Shown one piece after another: positions 8,938 through 17,326 of a DNA stretch of 64,000 nt. A program made the translations under genes and the position numbers. Source of the stretch: a virus (lineage: Duplodnaviria > Caudoviricetes); IMG/VR virus record IMGVR_UViG_3300015607_004593, positions 32,001 to 96,000 of that record; one strand, written 5' to 3'. The notes beneath the pieces were generated by a model. It was not told the origin of the DNA, searched no databases, and saw nothing but the letters and a program-made list of their open reading frames with translations. The number at the start of each line of letters is the position of its first letter. The stretch's first letter is position 1.

Positions 8938-9321
8938 TTATGTCTTTGCAACAATATAGCCATTGATAAGAAGTGTGAAATTTTTTAAAAGATGTAATCT
9001 AATAAAATTAGATGAAGAAAGAGAATCAAGAGCATGAATCTTTCTTAGTTCTGTTAATAGTCCATAACAAGCTACTTCATCATACTTTTCAGGAATTTTA
9101 AAATTATAACCTTGTGAGGTTTTTATCAGAAATTTTTGGTCATGGCAACAAAATATTGTATCGTTAAGGTCAAAAACTAATCTATTAAGTCTTTTAAACT
9201 CAGTAGTTTTATTTTGTACTTTAGCAGGCCCATAGATAGTTGAAACAGTTTGACCTATCTCAATATCGTTTAATGACACAAGCCCGTCAGGAGTTAAAAT
9301 TTTTGTTGAGGGGTGAAGCAT
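8938..9321 (-). CDS. free-standing, degenerate Hint (intein-like) domain protein
   Basis: MLHPSTKILTPDGLVSLNDIEIGQTVST (block A-like), IFCCHDQKF (block B-like), TLLINGYIV (block G-like); lacks Cys1 and terminal HN; own AAGGA RBS, in-frame TAG shortly upstream. Confidence 0.7.
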   Translation of the reverse strand: MLHPSTKILTPDGLVSLNDIEIGQTVSTIYGPAKVQNKTTEFKRLNRLVFDLNDTIFCCHDQKFLIKTSQGYNFKIPEKYDEVACYGLLTELRKIHALDSLSSSNFIRLHLLKNFTLLINGYIVAKT

Positions 9322-9433
9322 AATGTTTTCTAATCCTTCCTTGAGACGTTTAATAAAAATAAATCTATCCTACCTTGTTATTATAGAGAATAGATTTATT
9401 TTTTAAGAAAAAGTTTTTTAATAAACTGAATTA

Positions 9434-10927
9434 TTAAGTTTCTGTCTCTTCCCAATAATCAGTATTTTCATCTTCATCATTTTCATCTTCACTATTAGCT
9501 AAAACAGCACCATAAAGAAATTTAGTTGAAATTATTTTATCTAATTTTTCCATAAGGTCGTTTGTAAAAAATAATTCAGGATTTCGATTGATTTCTTTTT
9601 TGAAAACCTTCTTATCTGAAGAAGGAAAAATAAATCTATTACCTACAGACTTTACTAAGTCTGCTGAAACCATTTCATCTAAGATACCATGATAAAGAGA
9701 GAGTCCTGAAGAAAAATTGATAAAAATATCAACAGTAGAACCTTCTCTCGTAAACCTAGATTTTTCCATCTTACAATGGACAATGTTTCCTACAAATTCA
9801 GTTCCTTCTTTTTCTTTTCTTTTTGAAAGTAAACAAATAGTTGATGAAATATATTGTCCACCTGAATTATGAGAAAGTACACCATTAGAAAGAATATAAT
9901 GATGACCATCCTTTACTTCAATATCGTAGACTTCATTTCTTCCAATACTTTCAATTTTTATGATTTGAGCATTTTCATTATAAAGAGTATCCTTCGTATC
10001 TAAGTAGATTCCTTCCTTTAAATCCTTTGCTTTTATCCAATCTCCTTTGAATCTAAATTTGTGTTTCTTACTACAAACAATCGTTGAATCATCAAAAAAT
10101 GTAAGTCTGATACAATCTGGATTTGGTTCTATTAATGTAGAAGGATTCCAAACAGTAGAAACTTTACTAGCCCCATATTCAGTTTGAACTAAATCTCCCT
10201 CTTGAATTTCTTCAATACAACGAAGTGTCCCATCAGCCATTAAAATTTGAGTACCTTTCGATAAACATCCACCACCTACAACAGCTTGAGGGTAAAGTCC
10301 ATTTTGAGACATATAAATGTGATTAGTAACAATGAAAGGAACATTTAAAATTCCAAGTTTTAAAGATATGACCCTAAAGATAGATTTGATTAATTTTGCT
10401 CTTGTCATATCTTGAGTTTCTTTTCCTTCCGTTGAATCACTTACTTCCTTTACTGTAGAAAGATTTCCTAATGAATCTAAACAAATAAACAATTTTAATT
10501 CTTCTCTTTCTTTCTCAGGAATTTTTTCATATTCTTCTAATATTTGAATAGTTTGAAATCTTAATTCTTGGGCAGTAAGAATTGGACAAAACAAAACCCG
10601 TGAGGTATCAATTCCAAAATTTTCCATGGTGTCTTTTCTTTGAGCGGATTCAGTTTCAAAGAAAACAACATTTGCTTTTGGATACGTTTTTAAAAACCTT
10701 GAAATCATTGTTAGAAGAATAAAAGATTTCCCAACCCCAGGTGGCCCTGCAAGCATTGAAACTTTATTATCAGGAAATCCCTTAAACATTGAACCTGAAA
10801 TAGCAGCATTTAATAAGAAAGAGCCGGTATCAATAAACCCTGAAAGGTCGCCAACAATTCCATCTGACACAACTGAAGAATTTTTATTTCCAATCTTCTT
10901 TTGAACCATCTTTAGAAATAATGACAT
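9434..10927 (-). CDS. uvsX: RecA-like recombinase UvsX, intein-containing
   Basis: DTGSFLLN, AGPPGVGKS, FFETESA, LDSLGNLS, DMTRAK, KSRFTRE. Confidence 0.96.
   Translation of the reverse strand: MSLFLKMVQKKIGNKNSSVVSDGIVGDLSGFIDTGSFLLNAAISGSMFKGFPDNKVSMLAGPPGVGKSFILLTMISRFLKTYPKANVVFFETESAQRKDTMENFGIDTSRVLFCPILTAQELRFQTIQILEEYEKIPEKEREELKLFICLDSLGNLSTVKEVSDSTEGKETQDMTRAKLIKSIFRVISLKLGILNVPFIVTNHIYMSQNGLYPQAVVGGGCLSKGTQILMADGTLRCIEEIQEGDLVQTEYGASKVSTVWNPSTLIEPNPDCIRLTFFDDSTIVCSKKHKFRFKGDWIKAKDLKEGIYLDTKDTLYNENAQIIKIESIGRNEVYDIEVKDGHHYILSNGVLSHNSGGQYISSTICLLSKRKEKEGTEFVGNIVHCKMEKSRFTREGSTVDIFINFSSGLSLYHGILDEMVSADLVKSVGNRFIFPSSDKKVFKKEINRNPELFFTNDLMEKLDKIISTKFLYGAVLANSEDENDEDENTDYWEETET
9866..10267 (-). 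mobile_element. 134-aa mini-intein in UvsX
   Basis: VVGGG|CLSKGTQILMADG...VYDIEV...LSNGVLSHN|SGGQY; no endonuclease domain. Confidence 0.93.
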
Positions 10928-10964
10928 ATTTTATTTTCTTTTTTTATCATAGTTGATTTGTTTT

Positions 10965-12083
10965 TTAAAAAAGGTCAGACATGGAAATAGTTTCTTTTTC
11001 TTTCCATCCAACTGCCGCTAAAAGAGTTTTTATAGGATTCATGTAGCCAATTTGAAAATGCCTCTCAAAATCAATCATAGTTTCTAATTTTAATTCTTTT
11101 GGTGGGTCAGAAGATGACCAAGCAATAACATCTTCTTTTATGATATTTGGAAGTTTCAAATAAACATATTTAATTTTTTCTCCCTCTTGAATAGGTGAAT
11201 ATTTTGTCTCAAGACGATTATCCTTCAACCATTTATTAAATCGTAATGAACCCCTAACATGTAAAGGAGTTTTTGGCTCATAAAGAAAATTATTAGTTTG
11301 AGAGGAAGAAGAATATTTTTTAAGACCATTAACTGTTTTAGGAAATGCAATCTTTGAAAAATCTTTTTCTGAATATATCTTATTCTCACAATCATTAATG
11401 ATTTTAATTAAATCGTTATTAGAATGAGTAAAAAAATAATCAATAGTTTCTTTAATAAGATTTCTCATAAGTTGAGGAGTAGAAGATTTAACACATTCTA
11501 TTCCCATAATCTTCTTTTTAGGTTCTGAATACCTGATTCCCTCTTTATCATAAACATTCATAATGTAATGTTTCTTTCCTGTGATAATGATTGAAGAGCA
11601 AATATTCTCTCTTTTCATTCCCAAGATTCCTTCATTACCATTAAATCTTTTTTCAATATCCTTTAGAATTGAATTAATTTTCGGTAAAATTTTCTCCTTT
11701 GAAAAGAAATCTAAGAAGTTAATTCTTTCTTCTAAAGAAGAAAAATCTTCACCACATTGTGTTTTGAAAAGATTTGAAATATCTTCTAAGTTAATTCCAA
11801 TAGAATCTGTATCTGAAAGAATACATCTATCTTTATTATCTTTCAAAGATAGAGATAGAAACTTATTAACTCCTTTCTCCAATAATTGAATGATAACCTT
11901 TCCTGTAAGAGTAATAGCTTCTGCATTTTTAACATCAAAATAACGAAAATATTGATTTCCTAATGCTCCATAACCAGCATTTGCTAAAATTTTAAAGGAC
12001 TCTTGAGTTACAGACAATTCTGAAATTTCTCTTTCAAGATATTTCTTTCTTTCTAATAATTCTAATTTTCGGTTTTTATTCAT
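10965..12083 (-). CDS. 43: Family B DNA polymerase, C-terminal subunit (gp43B)
   Basis: KILANAGYGALGN (motif B), SDTDS (motif C), KKHY, MGIECVKSSTP. Confidence 0.95.
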   Translation of the reverse strand: MNKNRKLELLERKKYLEREISELSVTQESFKILANAGYGALGNQYFRYFDVKNAEAITLTGKVIIQLLEKGVNKFLSLSLKDNKDRCILSDTDSIGINLEDISNLFKTQCGEDFSSLEERINFLDFFSKEKILPKINSILKDIEKRFNGNEGILGMKRENICSSIIITGKKHYIMNVYDKEGIRYSEPKKKIMGIECVKSSTPQLMRNLIKETIDYFFTHSNNDLIKIINDCENKIYSEKDFSKIAFPKTVNGLKKYSSSSQTNNFLYEPKTPLHVRGSLRFNKWLKDNRLETKYSPIQEGEKIKYVYLKLPNIIKEDVIAWSSSDPPKELKLETMIDFERHFQIGYMNPIKTLLAAVGWKEKETISMSDLF

Positions 12084-12343
12084 CTTAAATGTTTAAAAAA
12101 TTAAAGTAAAATAAGTTTAACATATTTGTTTAAAAAAACAATTAAAAAATCTCCTTATGATATATGACCTAACTATTGAAATTAAAGTAAAAAATATAGT
12201 AATTGATATATTAGACATTAATGATATATGAATATCATAAAATCTAAAAATAAAAGATTGAGAAAAAAAGGAAATAATTAATCCAATTACTACATTTACT
12301 AAAGATTCTAGTAAAGAATGAAACTTAGATTGATTTCCTTCTG

Positions 12344-12838
12344 TTATCTTTGTAGAAATAAAAGCTTCTCCTCTTTTCTTCTTTCTTGTAATCCTTTAAT
12401 AACCCTTCCTTTTACAAAAACCCATGCTGAGAATTCTTCAGACGCTTTTTCATAATTACCTCGCTTTAAATGAATAAGCATTTTTGAATTTTTAAAAGAA
12501 GGAATTCCTATATTATAAATTAAAGAAATTAATGAAGAAGATTGATTTTTAGAAAGATTAATTAAATTTTCATTTTTCAAGAATAAAGAGATTTCATTAA
12601 TTTTTTCTCTCAAAAGTTTTTCTGCATCAGAACAAGACATTTTATTTTGTTTTAAACCTACAAAACCATAACCTATTGTCTTTCTCTTTTCTAAACCCAA
12701 ATAGGATTGTGTCTTACATTTTTCTTTTCTTTTAATAAAATCTTCTGTTGTTATATTTTCAGCACATAATGAGGAAGAAGAAATAAAGAATGATATTGCT
12801 AAAATAATAATCTTTTTCATAAAAGAAATTTTCTCCAA
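12344..12838 (-). CDS. GH24 lysozyme/endolysin with N-terminal signal-like segment
   Basis: TIGYG, LISLIYNIG, W....G....GL..RR..E; MKKIIILAISFFISSSSLCA N-terminus (likely start at 12820). Confidence 0.85.
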   Translation of the reverse strand: MEKISFMKKIIILAISFFISSSSLCAENITTEDFIKRKEKCKTQSYLGLEKRKTIGYGFVGLKQNKMSCSDAEKLLREKINEISLFLKNENLINLSKNQSSSLISLIYNIGIPSFKNSKMLIHLKRGNYEKASEEFSAWVFVKGRVIKGLQERRKEEKLLFLQR

Positions 12839-12893
12839 GAGTTAAATAAAAAGGAATCTATTTTAGAAAAATTAAGAAGAGGAAAAAAAGAAC

Positions 12894-13766
12894 ATGGAGC
12901 GTAAATCATTCAAAGAATTTGCACTTTTAGAAATGGCCTTTCCTGTAGGAAAATCATCTACTGATTTTCAACCAAAAGAAGGAAATTATGTTTCAGCAGA
13001 CATTCAACAAGCCTTCCTAAAAATTGGAAAAAGGGTAGGAAAGGGGTCATCACGAATTGCAATTCAAGTTGAAGTTGAACCTTCACAATTTGAATCAGAA
13101 TTACCCTTAGATATAGTTCCAAATTCTAATGGAAAAATTGATACTGTGTTTAAGATTGCCCTGAGTGCAAAAGGAATATCACAAAATCAAGCGGAAATAA
13201 GAGCATTTAAAACAATGAAGAATAAATTTAAACTTATTCTTCCAATCTTAGATTATGCCTCAAATCACACACCAATAAAGGTTGGCACGGAATCTTTTTC
13301 TCATTGGGTTTAATTTCCCCTTGTTACTCCTTTGAAAAATTCACCAAAGGGATTGAAAGAATTAAACTCTCATTTTATTGAAATGTTTGGAAATATTTCT
13401 AAATTAAAATTGAAAGAAGATTATTTTAAATTTATTTCACCTGTAACTGGAAAAAAGAAACAATTTGGTTTTGAAATATTTGGCTCTCCTTCGTTTATCA
13501 AAGAATTTTCAAAAATAAAACCCCAAGAAGGAGTTATTTCGTCTGAACAAATAGCAAATTTAAAATCACTTTATTCTTTTTGTTCTACAACAGGAATAAC
13601 CCCAACAGATTTTTCAAATCCTGAAAATTGGGGTTTAATAGGAGATAAGTTATATATCTTAGATTATAGATTTGATCAAGATACTTCTGAAATATACAAT
13701 AATACAAATTTAAAGGTAAAGATGAATGTTGCTGCTGATGGCAGTATTACATTAATTAAGAAGTAA
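12894..13766 (+). pseudogene. Protein-kinase-like fold gene with capsid-targeting-like N-terminus, interrupted by one in-frame TAA (13311-13313)
   Basis: ORFs 12894-13313 and 13332-13766 share one frame (SHWV*FPLVTPLKN); GKGSSRIA, VFKIA, GISQNQAE, DFSNPENWG and ILDYRF are kinase-like motifs. Confidence 0.7.
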
Positions 13767-14016
13767 CAGTAGTAGTATCATCATCTTCTTCATTGTTTTG
13801 TAATTTAAATTGTTTTCCTAATTTATTTTGTAATCGTTCTTTTAAAAGTGAGGAAGCAGAAATTATTTCTGCATGTTTTTCTACATACAACGGCCCTTCT
13901 TCAAAAAAGATAGAACCACAATTACCTACTACAAGACAATAAATCTCATATTTTAAAACTAATTTGTTTAAATCGTTATCCCAAACTAATTTACGTTCTA
14001 CATTCGTAGATAACAT
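13756..14016 (-). CDS. hypothetical protein
   Basis: 86-aa ORF with GGGGA RBS right after 43A. Confidence 0.6.
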   Translation of the reverse strand: MLSTNVERKLVWDNDLNKLVLKYEIYCLVVGNCGSIFFEEGPLYVEKHAEIISASSLLKERLQNKLGKQFKLQNNEEDDDTTTVTS

Positions 14017-14031
14017 CTTTTAATATCCCCT

Positions 14032-15531
14032 TTAGAGATTAGAAAGCTCTTGATTAATTTGTTCTAATTCTTTCTCATATTCATTCATCATAGATTTTGC
14101 TTTTTTTCTCTCTGACATAAGATAGAACATTATCTCAGGAATAAACCCCTTTTTATTTTTTGAGAAAAATTGACCGTTTGCCGAAAAGGTTAAATTATTT
14201 TCTTTATGTATTGTCAAGTTATCTAATTCACCTGATAAAATCCTTTCAACAAGATTACAATTTTGAATGTCTTTATCTATAATTCTTCTTTGAATTGTTT
14301 CAGGTGAAATATTTAAAAATTGAATAATTGAAGGATAAAGAGAATTCAAGTCATAAGAAACAACATCATTGTATTTTCCCGGTAATACTTCTTTAACATA
14401 AGCACCCTCAAATGATTCATTCTTTCCTTTTGGAGATAGTTCAGGAACAACAATATTTTTTGAAAAAAGAGCATTATAACAAAGAGAATCCCATGTTTTT
14501 ACAGGAGAAAATACATCTATAAAATTTTGTTTTGCAGTAAAAGAAAAAGACATAGCTAATGAAAACAATCCTAATTTTTTTTCTAATCTATAAACCAAGG
14601 CTACGTCAATAAGATTATAAAGAATAAACTTTGAAGGGTTCTTTTCCCAAAATTCTTGAATAGATTGATACTCGGAATAATCTAATTTATTTTGTCCCAA
14701 TTCAATTTCAGCAATACTATCTAATTTATAACTATCTCTTGGTTTCAGAACAAACTTTTTATAAAGGTCAATATAATCTAAATGAGGATTTCCAAAAAGG
14801 TCAATAACAATTTGTTTTCTACCATTGATCATCTTTTCTTTAACATTGCTTAAATTCCAAAATGAAAGAGAGTTAGCTTCTTTCTGTGAAAGAACCTTAG
14901 CAATTCTATAGTAAAGATAAGGAATATCAAACAATTTAGTATTCCATCCTCCTATAATATCAAATGATTCTTTTTTCCAATAAGATAGAAATTTCCTTAA
15001 TAACTCTTGTTCTGAAGAACAGAATACTAAATTCAAAGAAATAGTTTCATCTTTCCATTCTATTTCTAATTTAGATGAAGAAAGAGCAAAACAAGTAAGT
15101 ATCATTGTCTTTGTTGAAAGACAAGAAATGACTGTTATCATTTCTTTTGCTTCTTCCACAGAAGGAAATCCAAATTTTGATTCACACTCTATATCAAAAA
15201 TACCAATATTGATTAATGATTTATCATACTTTTCTGAAAGTTTCTTTTGATTGATATATTGATTTTCTATAGGAGAATCACCAAGGATTGAAAATTCTTT
15301 TCCAAAATCCCTTTTAAAATCATTCATTTCTGAAAAAGAATTAAAATGAATTTCTTTTGTATTCTCCCCAAAGATAGTTTTAAATTTTGAAGTACCATTC
15401 TTATCTTTTATAAAGAGAGAACAAGAAATATCATCCCCACCTGTTTTATAAGAAAAAGGATATGATTCATCATCATATCCTCTTACATATAATTTATCAA
15501 AATGTCTATCTACAGACGTAAAAAATGCCAT
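14032..15531 (-). CDS. 43: Family B DNA polymerase, N-terminal subunit (gp43A: exonuclease, motif A, first finger helix)
   Basis: FDIECES (ExoI), GWNTKLFDIPY (ExoII), YNLID (ExoIII), SYDLNSLYPSII (motif A), NISPET. Confidence 0.95.
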   Translation of the reverse strand: MAFFTSVDRHFDKLYVRGYDDESYPFSYKTGGDDISCSLFIKDKNGTSKFKTIFGENTKEIHFNSFSEMNDFKRDFGKEFSILGDSPIENQYINQKKLSEKYDKSLINIGIFDIECESKFGFPSVEEAKEMITVISCLSTKTMILTCFALSSSKLEIEWKDETISLNLVFCSSEQELLRKFLSYWKKESFDIIGGWNTKLFDIPYLYYRIAKVLSQKEANSLSFWNLSNVKEKMINGRKQIVIDLFGNPHLDYIDLYKKFVLKPRDSYKLDSIAEIELGQNKLDYSEYQSIQEFWEKNPSKFILYNLIDVALVYRLEKKLGLFSLAMSFSFTAKQNFIDVFSPVKTWDSLCYNALFSKNIVVPELSPKGKNESFEGAYVKEVLPGKYNDVVSYDLNSLYPSIIQFLNISPETIQRRIIDKDIQNCNLVERILSGELDNLTIHKENNLTFSANGQFFSKNKKGFIPEIMFYLMSERKKAKSMMNEYEKELEQINQELSNL

Positions 15532-15572
15532 AAGTTTTATTTGTTTCCTTTTTCTAAAATTATTTTTAATAA

Positions 15573-15794
15573 TTACTCAACTTGAGAAAAACTTTTCTGA
15601 CAATGGGGACAAATTATAAGAGAAAGTTCATCTTCTTTCAATGTTTTTTTCAATTGCCTAGTTTCTTTGATAAGAAGTTTTAGAAACCTTTTTTCTTTTT
15701 CTTTAAGATTCTTTTTATTATTTAAATATTTCCTAATTTTTTTCTTTCTGGATTCTAATTTATCTTTAAAAATTTTAAACATAGCTTTGTTCAT
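15573..15794 (-). CDS. small basic protein with CPHC motif
   Basis: 73-aa ORF, GAGGA RBS. Confidence 0.55.
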   Translation of the reverse strand: MNKAMFKIFKDKLESRKKKIRKYLNNKKNLKEKEKRFLKLLIKETRQLKKTLKEDELSLIICPHCQKSFSQVE

Positions 15795-15884
15795 ATCTTT
15801 CCTCTTTCTTTTTAAAGAAAGTAAACAAATAAAAAGAGTAGAGAAAGAAAATGAAATTCCCTTATTCTCTACTCTTTCTTTATC

Positions 15885-16133
15885 TTAAAGATAAGAAACT
15901 AACTTAGAAGTAAAATCAGTTAGATTGATAACACCGTAAAAACCTTTTTGATGATTTTCTTCTATGAAGTTTCTCACTACTTCATTCTTTGATTCTTCGT
16001 CACCTTCACCAATTTTAACACCTTTGAAAAAAATATCAAACCAATACTTTTTCTTGTTTTCCGTAAGCATCTTAACTCCTTTTTCAACGATTCCATTTAG
16101 AATTTTCGTCATCTTCATCATCATGATTATCAA
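15885..16133 (-). CDS. hypothetical protein (likely start MLTENK at 16070)
   Basis: AGGAG RBS before the internal ATG. Confidence 0.55.
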   Translation of the reverse strand: MIIMMMKMTKILNGIVEKGVKMLTENKKKYWFDIFFKGVKIGEGDEESKNEVVRNFIEENHQKGFYGVINLTDFTSKLVSYL

Positions 16134-16578
16134 ACACAGAAGCTAATGAAGAATAAGGTTTATGATTAGGATTATAAAATCCTAAATGATATTTTGCAAC
16201 TAATCTCCAATGAGATTTTTCTTTTGAAGAAACAATCTTTAAAAGTTTCATGTAATGGTCTTGAACAGGAAACTTATCAGGAGAAGCAATGGTTAATAAA
16301 CCCCAATCCTCTAATAGTTTTGCTATCTGATTTCTCCTATTCTTATCAGTTTCATCTAATGTTGATTCCTTTCCATCTAAAAGAAATAATTCTTTGAAAT
16401 GGGTAATGTATGTTTTTCCATACAAGGATAAAAGATGACATGACTGATAAAGGATTGTCTTTCCTCTTGGAGATACACCTAAACGAGTTAATGTTTCTTT
16501 AACAATTAAAGTTTTACTAGGTTCAACTTTAACTTCTAAAAAGGTATCTAAAATACTTTGTAATTCATTTACGTTCAT
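16084..16578 (-). CDS. regA: Translational repressor RegA
   Basis: KETLTRLGV, LYQSCHLL, YITHFKELFLLDGK, RRNQIAKLLEDWGL. Confidence 0.95.
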   Translation of the reverse strand: MNVNELQSILDTFLEVKVEPSKTLIVKETLTRLGVSPRGKTILYQSCHLLSLYGKTYITHFKELFLLDGKESTLDETDKNRRNQIAKLLEDWGLLTIASPDKFPVQDHYMKLLKIVSSKEKSHWRLVAKYHLGFYNPNHKPYSSLASVFDNHDDEDDENSKWNR

Positions 16579-16662
16579 AGTTACTTTTCTCTCTCTCTTT
16601 TTTCACACAATGAAGTTTTAGAAATTTAATAATTTAAAGATTAATTCTTAAGATAAACATAT

Positions 16663-17094
16663 TTATTTTTTACTTTTTTGCAATCCTCCTTTCATAAAAC
16701 TTAGAGATTGTTTTTCTTCATCTGATAATAAAGAATAAATGACTTCTGATTCTTTTCTTGAAACATTTAATTGTTTTGATATAAGGATTATAGATTCTTG
16801 GGGTGGTGGTGGTTTAAACCACTTTGAATAACGACTTTTCTTTGTTACTCCAAATAGATAAAAATCCATTTGCATTTCTTTATCTAAAAAATTAAACTCA
16901 TTCATTTCATTTGCAAGAAATAAAGTCTCAGGAAACTTAGAGAAGAATTTTCTAACCATAAAAGAATCAAATAAATCTATATCCCCTTCCGTTAATTCTT
17001 TTGTTTTTGAAAGAGCATTGATAACATCAAACAATCCTCTTGGTTTTTCTTCTTTCTCTCCGATTTCATTCTTCTTTACTTTTTTAGGATTCAT
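16663..17094 (-). CDS. 62: Clamp loader small subunit (gp62)
   Basis: LFDVINAL..TK, ANEMN, MQMDFY, RYSKWFK, terminal KGG; lies between 44 and regA. Confidence 0.88.
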   Translation of the reverse strand: MNPKKVKKNEIGEKEEKPRGLFDVINALSKTKELTEGDIDLFDSFMVRKFFSKFPETLFLANEMNEFNFLDKEMQMDFYLFGVTKKSRYSKWFKPPPPQESIILISKQLNVSRKESEVIYSLLSDEEKQSLSFMKGGLQKSKK

Positions 17095-17326
17095 ATTCTA
17101 TCCATGTTGAACGGTCTGAATCTCTATTCTTCTTTTCTAAAATTCTTATATAACACTTAACGACTGTATTGGATTCATGAGGCATCATTACATCTTTCCA
17201 ATAAAAAAATCTTTCTTTTCTTAAAAAGAAATTTAAAATTTTTTGAAAAAAGGTAAATTGTTTCTCTTGAGCAACAAATAAAGTTTTATCACAATTTGAT
17301 ATAATTCTATATTGTTTTCTTTTCAT
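17084..17326 (-). CDS. hypothetical protein inserted between 44 and 62
   Basis: 80-aa ORF overlapping both neighbours. Confidence 0.55.
   Translation of the reverse strand: MKRKQYRIISNCDKTLFVAQEKQFTFFQKILNFFLRKERFFYWKDVMMPHESNTVVKCYIRILEKKNRDSDRSTWIEYES

Noticed and set aside
12084-14031. Split intein or intron joining 43A and 43B
   Set aside because: No intein blocks at either end, no recognisable group I intron core, and both halves have their own start and stop with complementary helices
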